IMG/VR virus record: IMGVR_UViG_3300048588_000114
Span: 15,309-79,308 of that record
DNA: 64,000 nucleotides
Reading direction: 5' to 3' (one strand)
DNA from: a virus
Taxonomy: Duplodnaviria > Heunggongvirae > Uroviricota > Caudoviricetes
The stretch's first letter is position 1; each line of letters begins with the position of its first letter. This document shows positions 55,923 through 64,000 of the stretch, in pieces. A program made the translations under genes and the position numbers. The notes beneath the pieces were generated by a model. It did not search any database. It was not told where the DNA came from and saw only the letters and a list, made by a program, of their open reading frames with translations.

Positions 55923-56192
55923 ATGGCTTTCGGCGTTAAACATATCGTAAAAGAGACCCCTAAATGGGCAACTTGGATGTTCAGAATTGTCTTGGCTCTG
56001 ACTACAGCGGCGTCAATATGGATAAGCGGAACATCCATCATTGAGGATTCTATAAAAGTAGAAATAATCAATGGCTTGAAAGTTTTCGACTGTTTAGCTT
56101 TAGTATTTTCTAAAATGTTCGGTGTTGATGTAAATGTAACCACTGATAATGAAGGAAATGAACAAACTACAGACGAAACACCCGCTAATTAA
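55923..56192 (+). CDS. small single-TM protein
   Basis: WMFRIVLALTTAASIWISGTSII TM; charged C-terminus. Confidence 0.4.
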   Translation: MAFGVKHIVKETPKWATWMFRIVLALTTAASIWISGTSIIEDSIKVEIINGLKVFDCLALVFSKMFGVDVNVTTDNEGNEQTTDETPAN

Positions 56193-56919
56193 TCTAAAAA
56201 ACATTATTATTCTGTTGCTCCTCTTAGCTGTAATGGCATTAGGAGCAATAGTTATGTTAAATAACAACCGAAGTATTAGTCCTAGTCAATATAAGGCATT
56301 AGAGGACTCAATTCATTCCTATCGGGATAAGGATGGTAATCATATAGCTACCATTCGATCTTTAGAGTTTGCTAATGCTAAGCAACTTTTGCGTCTTGGA
56401 GCACAAGATAGCTCCATTAGATGGTTACAGCAATCTATGAGGGATTTTAAAGGTGAAGTTAGGGCTGCTATAGTATTGGGCATAAATACAGTATCTCAAG
56501 GGTCATCCTCTACTACAATTTTACCCGGAGACACCATTAGAAGTGGCGACACTCTCAAGCTATATCCGCATTATGAGACTAATTGGTCTAATAAATGGGA
56601 ATTAGGGCACATCAAGGCCACTAAAGATTCTATATTCAGAAATATAAAAACTATCAATGAGTTAGAGATTATTACAGGGTATCAGAAGAATCGTTGGATA
56701 TTCTTCAATTCTCCAGACCTTGAGGTGAAAGTCAAAAATCTAAATCCTAACACAGTCACTCAAGAGCTAAGAAGTTTCAACGTTAAAAACGAAACAAACA
56801 GGTTCAGCTTAGGAGCGAGTGGGGGAGTCATGTGGATACCGGGATTAAATCCTAAGCCGTACATAGGTATTGGAATCAATTACGACATAATAAGATTCAA
56901 GAAGTGGCGAAAACGCTAA
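56149..56919 (+). CDS. signal-anchored periplasmic protein (lysis accessory candidate)
   Basis: N-terminal IIILLLLLAVMALGAIVML TM followed by ~220 aa soluble domain. Confidence 0.5.
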   Translation: MKEMNKLQTKHPLINLKNIIILLLLLAVMALGAIVMLNNNRSISPSQYKALEDSIHSYRDKDGNHIATIRSLEFANAKQLLRLGAQDSSIRWLQQSMRDFKGEVRAAIVLGINTVSQGSSSTTILPGDTIRSGDTLKLYPHYETNWSNKWELGHIKATKDSIFRNIKTINELEIITGYQKNRWIFFNSPDLEVKVKNLNPNTVTQELRSFNVKNETNRFSLGASGGVMWIPGLNPKPYIGIGINYDIIRFKKWRKR

Positions 56920-57089
56920 AAAAACATAATCACGGGAAAGACCTTCCCCGGTACAAGGTAGTTGTAGGCTATGAGAAAGACTTCAAAATGGCCTATGCTA
57001 AGCACTTAGGTACAGCAATAACTACAGTAATAGAAAAACTTAATGATACTAACCCCAGCCCAGATACAGGAATTAGTCAAGATAATTGA
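56904..57089 (+). CDS. hypothetical small protein
   Basis: 61 aa ORF overlapping both neighbours. Confidence 0.3.
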   Translation: MAKTLKKHNHGKDLPRYKVVVGYEKDFKMAYAKHLGTAITTVIEKLNDTNPSPDTGISQDN

Positions 57090-57963
57090 AAATCAACATC
57101 TCATTTTCTTGGCTAATACAGTTGGGACTGGTATTCTCTCCCAATCTGACTTAGATATTCTAACTAGTCATGGGATAGATGTGACTAAATTACCCACATA
57201 TGGTGTAGTTGACGATGCTTTTCGTTTCGGAATATTAGCGGATGCGCTTGGAAGCGAGAAAGCTAAGAAAATGTCTTATAGTGATTTCAAGAATACCCTA
57301 AAGAGTGGCGGTTTCCTTCCCTTAACTAAGGCAGAAAAAATTAGTCTTGATCACATAAAGCAACGCACTTATAGTGATGTAACTGGATTAGGTACTAAAA
57401 TCGGTAAAGATTTAAGCAATATAGTCATAGAGAACTCTAAGAAACAAAGAGCGCAATATGAGAAAATTCTACAAGATACAATAGCTGCTGGCGCTGAGAA
57501 GAGCAGGTCTGCTCGTGAAATTGCTTCAGATTTAGGCCACGCCACAAAAGATTGGGCAAGGGACTTCGATCGCATAGCTGATTATGTACTTCATGAAGCT
57601 TTTGATACAGGTAAAGCCATGTCCATACTAAGAGAAGCGGAGGCGGCTGGTGAAGAAGCGTATGGCTACAAAGAAGTTTATGAAGGAGCATGTCAGCATT
57701 GTATTAGTCTTTATCTAACAGACGGCATTGGAAGTAAGCCCCGGATATTCAAAATGTCTACACTCATTGCCAACGGCTCTAATATTGGTCGGACGGTAAA
57801 GGAATGGAAACCCGTGATAGGCTGTACTCATCCTTGGTGCCGTTGCGAATTATACCATCTCAGACCTAATAATGAGTGGGATTCAGAAAAGAAAATGTTT
57901 GTCCTTAAACGTAACACCTACGGAGTTACAAGGAAATCTAAAATCAAAATCATATCGGAATAA
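57043..57963 (+). CDS. putative head-morphogenesis protein (Mu gpF / SPP1 gp7-like position) with C-terminal Cys4 motif
   Basis: 306 aa between portal region and protease; CQHC...CTHPWCRC zinc-like cluster. Confidence 0.45.
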   Translation: MILTPAQIQELVKIIENQHLIFLANTVGTGILSQSDLDILTSHGIDVTKLPTYGVVDDAFRFGILADALGSEKAKKMSYSDFKNTLKSGGFLPLTKAEKISLDHIKQRTYSDVTGLGTKIGKDLSNIVIENSKKQRAQYEKILQDTIAAGAEKSRSAREIASDLGHATKDWARDFDRIADYVLHEAFDTGKAMSILREAEAAGEEAYGYKEVYEGACQHCISLYLTDGIGSKPRIFKMSTLIANGSNIGRTVKEWKPVIGCTHPWCRCELYHLRPNNEWDSEKKMFVLKRNTYGVTRKSKIKIISE

Positions 57964-59951
57964 TGGAAACATTAGTAAACACCTACATTGGGGAAGCTCT
58001 CATCCCCAGAGGCACCATCGCCTTAGACATTCAGGGAAGAGATTTTATGATAAAACGTGATGTTTACATGAAAATCACTAAAGCACAAGATGGGGAATTG
58101 ACTTTTGAGCACGATGGGGAATTTTATTTCGTTAAGGCTCATCAAACCTCTTTCAGAAAATACGAAAATCCCATCGAAATTCTACCTGAGAGCATCGAAA
58201 AGTCCGAATCCAATACTTTGCCCACCGTGGAGGCCAAAGGTCACGATAAAGGCGAAAAATTGTCCGAATCAACTGGTGTAGATTTCGCCTACAAAAAATA
58301 TATGGACAAATCTCTTGGTAGGAAGAGAGAGCAAATGCCACAATTTGATTCTGATACGTTGGCCGATGTGTTGGTTCACTTCGCACAGAAGGTTAAAGTA
58401 GTGAAAACAAAGAGAAAATTGAGTTCTCTCAAGCCAGCCCAAGGCGAAATCAATGAAGATAAGATTTTAGAGCGAATAAAGTCTAAGTATGATGGATGGA
58501 AAGATCGTGAGTACATTATCAGCTTAGACGGTTACATTATGGATGGTCATCATGATTGGGCTCATGGCTTAGATATTGATGAAGATGCGGAAGTTGACTG
58601 TTGGCGCATTAATCTGCCTATAAAAGTCTTATTAGTTAGAGCGAATAAGCTAAATGTAGCTAAGAAAAAAGATATTGAGGGCAATGAAATCGAGAAGGGA
58701 AAGCATGAGGAGATGGTTCAAGTTCACGGGAAGAACAAGACTTTCTACAGAAAGCAGATGGTAGGCCATAAGGATGAGCCTAAAGAAGCTACTGTGAAGA
58801 CAATAATGGGAGAAATGAGAACAATGAAGCCTAAGAAAGTAGCTGCTTCAGAACAAGAACCCACTAAACGCATAAGCCTGAAGCCTAAAGTAGAACATGC
58901 TAAGCGTGAGAGAACCCCTCAATGGTATGACAAATACACTGAAAAGCATGGGAAAATGCGGGGTCTTCCAATAGGTATGGATGAAAGCGAAGTTCAAATT
59001 AATCATGCGGCTAAAGACCCCCACGGAGAATGGCTGATGAAGTATAAAGACAAGAAAGGTGTCAATAAAACCGTTTACACCGAAGAATTCATGCGCCGTA
59101 ATGCTGAGAAGAAGTGGGCTCGCATCAAGAATATCAACCCTGCTCAAGTGAAATTAGTAAAAACTCAACCTATAAAGCTATTGGATAAAGAAGGTTTAGA
59201 TGATACATCGAAGCAATCCTTAGCTGTTATAGCGATTATAGCAAATACAGGGCTGCGTCCCGGTAGCCGTGTTGGGTATATGAGAACTAAAAACCGGGGA
59301 GTGTCCACCCTTCACCCAGATAATGTAAAGATAACAGGTGACCGTATAGATTTCGACTTCATCGGGAAATCATATCAGCAGAATGTATCTACAATTGTGG
59401 ATAAGAAGCTGGCTCAATACCTCACAAAGCTAAAGAAAGACAGGAAAGGGGAGCAATTCTTGTTTAATGTGAACAAGACCCATTTAATGACGACATTTAG
59501 AGATAAGTTAGGATTTAAGGGGTTGAAGTTGAAGGATTTAAGGACATATGTAGCCACTGATTTAGCTAAAAATCTTTTGTTTGAATCTAAACTGCCGCCA
59601 TTGCCATTAGCTGATAATCCTAAAAAGAACAAAGCGAATCTACAAAAGAAACTTCAAACCGTGTTTGAGGCTGTTTCTCAGAAGCTCAACAACACCCCGG
59701 CTATGGCGAAAACAAGTTATATCCATCCAGCAGTCATTGATGCTCACATTATTTCCATTGGCATGGATAAAACAGAACTACAAAAAGGTGGGGAAGAAGA
59801 GAAAAAAACAGTGCCTAGTTTAGCTGAAATCGCTAAAAATAGCAATTACGAAGGAAAAGACATCGAAACGTCCACGGATGATGACGAAGACGAAGATTTA
59901 GATGTTTTGTATCCACTTCCAGCATGGTGGGACGAATCCCTAATGGATTAA
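57963..59951 (+). CDS. ParB-like N-terminal domain fused to type IB topoisomerase domain
   Basis: Topo IB: GVSTLHPDNVKITGDRIDFDFIGKS, EQFLFNV, KLKDLRTYVATDLA (cf. poxvirus KDLRTYGVN), and active-site Tyr in NTPAMAKTSYIHP with Asn in place of His as in bacterial TopIB. N-terminal ParB-like YIISLDGYIMDGHHDWAHG. Confidence 0.8.
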   Translation: METLVNTYIGEALIPRGTIALDIQGRDFMIKRDVYMKITKAQDGELTFEHDGEFYFVKAHQTSFRKYENPIEILPESIEKSESNTLPTVEAKGHDKGEKLSESTGVDFAYKKYMDKSLGRKREQMPQFDSDTLADVLVHFAQKVKVVKTKRKLSSLKPAQGEINEDKILERIKSKYDGWKDREYIISLDGYIMDGHHDWAHGLDIDEDAEVDCWRINLPIKVLLVRANKLNVAKKKDIEGNEIEKGKHEEMVQVHGKNKTFYRKQMVGHKDEPKEATVKTIMGEMRTMKPKKVAASEQEPTKRISLKPKVEHAKRERTPQWYDKYTEKHGKMRGLPIGMDESEVQINHAAKDPHGEWLMKYKDKKGVNKTVYTEEFMRRNAEKKWARIKNINPAQVKLVKTQPIKLLDKEGLDDTSKQSLAVIAIIANTGLRPGSRVGYMRTKNRGVSTLHPDNVKITGDRIDFDFIGKSYQQNVSTIVDKKLAQYLTKLKKDRKGEQFLFNVNKTHLMTTFRDKLGFKGLKLKDLRTYVATDLAKNLLFESKLPPLPLADNPKKNKANLQKKLQTVFEAVSQKLNNTPAMAKTSYIHPAVIDAHIISIGMDKTELQKGGEEEKKTVPSLAEIAKNSNYEGKDIETSTDDDEDEDLDVLYPLPAWWDESLMD

Positions 59952-59969
59952 AACAGTTATAAATTCACC

Positions 59970-61703
59970 ATGAAGAAGAATAATAATTTCAAATTCTGGG
60001 TTCCCTTAGAATTTTCCAAGGCTAAGAATGAAACCACCGGAGAAGTTGAGATGAAAATAGGCGGGATTGCCTCTACATCAGCGAAAGACAGCGATGATGA
60101 GGAATTAGACCCGGCAGGTTTTGATCTCAGTGTCCTAAAATCCCATGGTGTCATCAATTGGCACCACATGCAAAAGACCAATCCAGATGCGATTATTGGC
60201 GAACCCACTAAGGCAGAACTAACTCCAAAAGGGTTGTATTTAGAGGCAAAGCTCTATCCAGATAGTGAATTAGCTAAAAAAGTTTACAAATTAGCTGAAG
60301 TTTTAGCTAAAAATTCTAAAACCCGTAGACTTGGATTTTCCATCGAAGGCAAGAAGACAGAAGTTGACCCTAATGATGAAACAAAAATCCTGAAGGCAAA
60401 GATCACCGGGTGCGCCATCACCTATCTTCCAAAGAATCCTACCACATTTGCTGATATCATCAAAGGTCATGAGGTTGAGGAACCTATCTATGAATTTGAT
60501 GAGGAGATAGAAAAAAGTGACCTTTCAATCAAGGCATTGAATAACGCCGCTAATGGCGGTGCAGTTAAATTCTTAGTAAATCTAACGACCAAGGACGGAA
60601 AGACCGTGAAGGTCACTGAAGATGGTGAAATAACAGTTGATATGTCTAAATCATTAACAACAGAAGCCGGGAGCGGGGGTGCTCTCAAGAAAGAGCATGT
60701 AGATTCAGGGCTCAAGGAAACAATCAAAACAAGTGATAAACCTAAGGAATTAACAAAAGCCGAAGCCTTTGATAAAATATTTTCTGATTTCCCAGATATA
60801 GACATTCAAAAGGCTAAGCAAATTTTCAATACAACAACTAAAATTACTGCCATGAGCAAAGAAAAAACCAAACCTACAAAGGATGAAATCGAGAAGGCCT
60901 ACGCTGTTTTAGGTCTCAACAATGAATCAGAAGATGATAACATTGAAAAAGGCGAAAACACTACCGAATCAGAAGATGAGGTAAAACCGCCAGCAAAGAA
61001 ACCAGCAGCACCAGCTAAAACAGCTACTGTTGAAAAAGGTGGAGGCGACAAAGGCCCAGATGAAGAAGAGGAGGAAGAGGAAGAAGAGGACGAAGAACCA
61101 GCGAAACCAGCAAAAAAAGATATGAATAAAGCACAATCCAGCGACCTGATGTATTTCCAGAAGGGCGACAATTACGTAGCCATGGTAAACAAAGGCGGCG
61201 AACTTCAGGAAGTCCCTGATAAATTATTCCAAAAGACCGCAAGCGGCTACCAGGAAATCATCAAAACCCCTATCGAGAAATCAATTGAAGAAAACATTGG
61301 AAAACTGCTCAATGGCCAGTCAGACCTTCAAAAAGCTATCGGTGTAGTGGTTGGTGACCTGAAAGCTCAGGTAAGTGGTCTGCAAAAACAGGTGGAAGAA
61401 ATGAGTGGACAGCCCACAGGCCGTAAATCGGCTACAAACGCCACAGTGAAAGAAAAGAAATTTGCTGGTGCAAATGATGACCTTACCAAAGGCCGTACCG
61501 ATGGCAAGACCCTCTCTATCAAGAATCGTAACGCAGTATTGTCAGTGCTTGAGAAAGCAATGTACTTGCCGCTTGAGAAAGGCCAAGGTGGTCTCGATGC
61601 TGGTTTTGAGAAAGCAATGACCACTTTTGAAGCCAGCGGGCAGATTTCTGCACAAAACGTAGGCCGTCTTGAGCGTGAATTCGGAATATTCCTCGTGGAC
61701 TAA
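59970..61703 (+). CDS. prohead protease (HK97 gp4-like) fused to scaffold-like C-terminal region
   Basis: N-terminal KIGGIASTS...DPAGFDL...INWHH...LGFSIEGK resembles the HK97-family prohead protease core. C-terminal half is coiled-coil with poly-Glu tract EEEEEEEEDEE. Confidence 0.6.
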   Translation: MKKNNNFKFWVPLEFSKAKNETTGEVEMKIGGIASTSAKDSDDEELDPAGFDLSVLKSHGVINWHHMQKTNPDAIIGEPTKAELTPKGLYLEAKLYPDSELAKKVYKLAEVLAKNSKTRRLGFSIEGKKTEVDPNDETKILKAKITGCAITYLPKNPTTFADIIKGHEVEEPIYEFDEEIEKSDLSIKALNNAANGGAVKFLVNLTTKDGKTVKVTEDGEITVDMSKSLTTEAGSGGALKKEHVDSGLKETIKTSDKPKELTKAEAFDKIFSDFPDIDIQKAKQIFNTTTKITAMSKEKTKPTKDEIEKAYAVLGLNNESEDDNIEKGENTTESEDEVKPPAKKPAAPAKTATVEKGGGDKGPDEEEEEEEEEDEEPAKPAKKDMNKAQSSDLMYFQKGDNYVAMVNKGGELQEVPDKLFQKTASGYQEIIKTPIEKSIEENIGKLLNGQSDLQKAIGVVVGDLKAQVSGLQKQVEEMSGQPTGRKSATNATVKEKKFAGANDDLTKGRTDGKTLSIKNRNAVLSVLEKAMYLPLEKGQGGLDAGFEKAMTTFEASGQISAQNVGRLEREFGIFLVD

Positions 61704-61768
61704 AAGCATTAAATCGTAGACAAATAGGGTAATTCAATCAATAATTTAATAATAAATCAACAAAAATC

Positions 61769-63289
61769 ATGAACGGCTTAGGAAATTTAGGCATCAACCT
61801 GTCGGCTTACAACAATGTTGTGAACGACAATCAGGTGTTGTTTGGCAATGCCAGCACATCGATGGAGCAACTCAATGATTTATCCAAAGCGTTAGAGGCT
61901 GGCGAGATCACAGGACGTGAGACCACCAACTCTACTACAGCTTCAGGCGCAGGTCTGAAAATGGAAAGTTTGGATAAAACACTGAAATTGCTGACCTACC
62001 GTGAAAGTGAGATCGTGCTGTGGAAGAAAATTCCTAAGCTAGCGGCTTACAACACTGTAGAGGAGTACAATCAATTAGCGTCATACGGTCAAGACCGTGG
62101 AGGCTTCATGCAAGAAGGTGGTTTACCACTGGAAGAAGACAGCACTTACATCCGTAGGGCGCAGTTAGTGAAGTTCCTTGGTGTGACCAAATCAGTGACT
62201 CACCCAATGACCTTAGTGCAAACTATGATCGGGGATGTTATTGCCCGTGAAGCTAAGAACGGTTCACTGTGGATTCTCCGCAAGCTGGATAAAGCCCTAA
62301 CTAAGGCTAATTCACGCCTCGTGGCTGAAGAGTTCAATGGACTTTACGCTCAGCACGAAGAAAACGATGCTTATTCAAGCAAAAACGCCTACTACAACGG
62401 AAACGAAGTGGTTGTTGACTTGCGTGGGGACTACCTGCAAGAGAAATACATTGAGCGTGGCGCTGAAGGAATCATTGAAAACTTCGGTTTGGCTAACGAA
62501 TTGTTTGCTCCACCTAAAGTACTGAGTGACTTTGTTCAATCATTCTACGGAAATAAGTTCATCCAGCCTAATTCAGAAATGACTTCTGCTGGTGGAATGG
62601 GTCAAAAAGTTAACTACTTTGATTCGCAATTTGGCCGTATCAACCTGAACTGGGACATCTTCATGAATAAAGGTGCTAACAAAACCACTGCTACACCAGC
62701 TGAATCACCTAACGCTCCTGCGGTAATTGTGCCTGACGGTTCAACTCCTATCGCTGCCGTTGCTGCTACTGCTGCCAATACAATGTGGGCTTCTACAGAT
62801 GCTGGTGCGTACTTCTACGCAGTGAGTGCATTCAACATGTACGGTGAATCAGCATTGACTGCTTTATCTGCTTCAGCGACTACAATCGCAACAGGTGGTG
62901 CAGTTGACCTTAAATGGGCTGCTGGCGCTGGCGCTAATGCTGCAACTGGTTTCCGTGTGTATCGTTCACAAAAAGGTGCTGTTTCCGTAGCTACTTCAAC
63001 ATTCTATCCATTGTTCGACGTTACCCAGACTGAGATCACTGCTGGATATGATGGAGGTGCAGCCGGGTTGGTAAGGGACTTAAACCGTATTATGCCTAAC
63101 TGTAATCAGGCTTTCATGCTTCAAATGGACGAAGATGTACTGGCTTTCCGTCAGTTGGCTCCATTAATGAAAATGGATTTAGCGATGATCTCTACCGCTT
63201 ACCGTTTCATGATTCTCCTTTATGGAACTCCGCTGTTGTTCGCTCCTAAGAAAATGGTGCGTTACATCAACATCGGTTTGAAACCCTAA
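61769..63289 (+). CDS. major capsid protein candidate with Ig/Fn3-like insertion
   Basis: 506 aa directly downstream of protease-scaffold. Internal segment GGAVDLKWAAGAGANAATGFRVYRSQKG is Ig/Fn3-like. Terminator follows. Confidence 0.6.
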   Translation: MNGLGNLGINLSAYNNVVNDNQVLFGNASTSMEQLNDLSKALEAGEITGRETTNSTTASGAGLKMESLDKTLKLLTYRESEIVLWKKIPKLAAYNTVEEYNQLASYGQDRGGFMQEGGLPLEEDSTYIRRAQLVKFLGVTKSVTHPMTLVQTMIGDVIAREAKNGSLWILRKLDKALTKANSRLVAEEFNGLYAQHEENDAYSSKNAYYNGNEVVVDLRGDYLQEKYIERGAEGIIENFGLANELFAPPKVLSDFVQSFYGNKFIQPNSEMTSAGGMGQKVNYFDSQFGRINLNWDIFMNKGANKTTATPAESPNAPAVIVPDGSTPIAAVAATAANTMWASTDAGAYFYAVSAFNMYGESALTALSASATTIATGGAVDLKWAAGAGANAATGFRVYRSQKGAVSVATSTFYPLFDVTQTEITAGYDGGAAGLVRDLNRIMPNCNQAFMLQMDEDVLAFRQLAPLMKMDLAMISTAYRFMILLYGTPLLFAPKKMVRYINIGLKP

Positions 63290-63313
63290 TAATTAGCAAT
63301 ATTAACCAATAAA

Positions 63314-63343
63314 AGGCCATCCAACACAGGGTGGCCTTTTTTG
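63314..63343 (+). terminator. rho-independent terminator
   Basis: AGGCCATCC-AACACA-GGGTGGCCT followed by TTTTTTG. Confidence 0.7.
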
Positions 63344-63931
63344 TTCAACGTTAAAAACACTACATTAACCACTAAAACAAATAATATCATGTCAAAAAAA
63401 GTCAAAGTTGTGTGTAAACAAGCACAGTATCACGGTAAAAAAATGAATCTGCCTATCGCAGGAGAAACTGAGATTGGCGAAGATGGCTCTGCAATGGTTT
63501 CTGAGGAAGCAGCAGAACAATTGGTAGAAGGAACAAATGATTGGGAATATGGTGACAGTAAACCAATTGTGAAGAAAGTGAAGCCAGCCCCGATTGTTGA
63601 AGAAGAAAGAGAAGAAGAGGAGGTTGAGGAAGAAACTGAGGAAGAGGAGACCGAAGAAGAAAAGACCGATGACGAAGAGGCATCTAAATCCAATGAAAAT
63701 CCTGCCGAGGAGCAACCCAATGAGGCAGAGGTGGACAAAGAGCTGAAGCAAGCCTTAATCCGCAAATTCACTGGCCCAAATGCTGATACGGAATTGAAGG
63801 AAATGGCATCAAAAGCTGGAGTGTCCAAAACAGTTATAGGTAAGGCTAAAGGGAAAACCGACCTTATCAACATGATTCTTGGTAAAATGGAGTTAGCTGA
63901 TAAGGTTGAGTTGCTCAAAGCACAAGCCTAA
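63341..63931 (+). CDS. acidic poly-Glu protein (head decoration/scaffold-like candidate)
   Basis: 196 aa; EEEREEEEVEEETEEEETEEE tract; the GAA-rich run creates spurious ORFs on both strands. Confidence 0.5.
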   Translation: MFNVKNTTLTTKTNNIMSKKVKVVCKQAQYHGKKMNLPIAGETEIGEDGSAMVSEEAAEQLVEGTNDWEYGDSKPIVKKVKPAPIVEEEREEEEVEEETEEEETEEEKTDDEEASKSNENPAEEQPNEAEVDKELKQALIRKFTGPNADTELKEMASKAGVSKTVIGKAKGKTDLINMILGKMELADKVELLKAQA

Positions 63932-64000
63932 TCAGATCATGCCATGCCAACAGTAAATTTCACTATTAAATACTCCAAAAACACAGGACTTGTCCTAAGT

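Noticed and set aside
61024-61242. Possible separate scaffold gene inside 59970-61703
   Set aside because: No stop codon separates protease and coiled-coil regions in the + frame; treated as a single protease-scaffold fusion, though an internal start for a stand-alone scaffold cannot be excluded.
63392-63918. ORFs on both strands across the GAA/GAG-rich tract (63392-63751 -, 63430-63918 -, 63453-63683 -; similarly 60899-61242 - and 51946-52323)
   Set aside because: Low-complexity poly-Glu/Lys coding repeats keep all frames open; products would be Ser/Leu/Phe homopolymer-like.
1-64000. CRISPR arrays, integrase/excisionase, repressor-type lysogeny module
   Set aside because: No regularly spaced direct repeats with unique spacers. 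No tyrosine or serine recombinase motifs were seen: the only tyrosine-nucleophile enzymes are the TopoIB and TopoVIA-like proteins, which lack recombinase architecture.

Overview
This window is almost certainly a contiguous stretch of a large virulent tailed-phage genome whose host is in the Bacteroidetes, probably a gliding Flavobacteriia-type host. Three things support this. Coding is dense and almost entirely on the + strand. Seven intergenic regions have a TTTG -33 element, a 19-20 nt spacer and a TAnnTTTG/TAnnTTAG -7 element, matching the Bacteroidetes sigma-A promoter consensus. One gene encodes SprB-type repeats with a type-9 secretion C-terminal tail. The window covers three blocks: (1) an early/replication block with a UvrD-like SF1 helicase, a P-loop ATPase, a DnaQ-like exonuclease and RNase H; (2) a long run of small accessory and candidate anti-defence genes; (3) a packaging/head block with the terminase large subunit, a candidate portal, a ParB-like/topoisomerase-IB fusion, a prohead protease-scaffold fusion and the major capsid protein. 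The accessory run includes a DUF2829/Tad2-like protein, a possible HEPN/MNT pair, an acidic Zn-ribbon protein, a patatin-like phospholipase, a flotillin-like protein and a secreted SprB-repeat protein. The most unusual locus lies at about 43.6-50.9 kb. It holds a Spo11/TopoVIA-like protein (winged helix plus Toprim), three paralogous P-loop kinases interleaved with two paralogous ~326 aa proteins, and an FAD-dependent oxidoreductase. This architecture resembles phage thymidine-hypermodification cassettes (kinase plus pyrophosphorylase arrays), but the component combination is not a described one. Many rho-independent terminators and a recurring TTAGCTAAWTCAGAG 15-mer are also present, and no tRNA, CRISPR array or integrase was seen. 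All functional calls come from motif reading by eye; no database search was possible.
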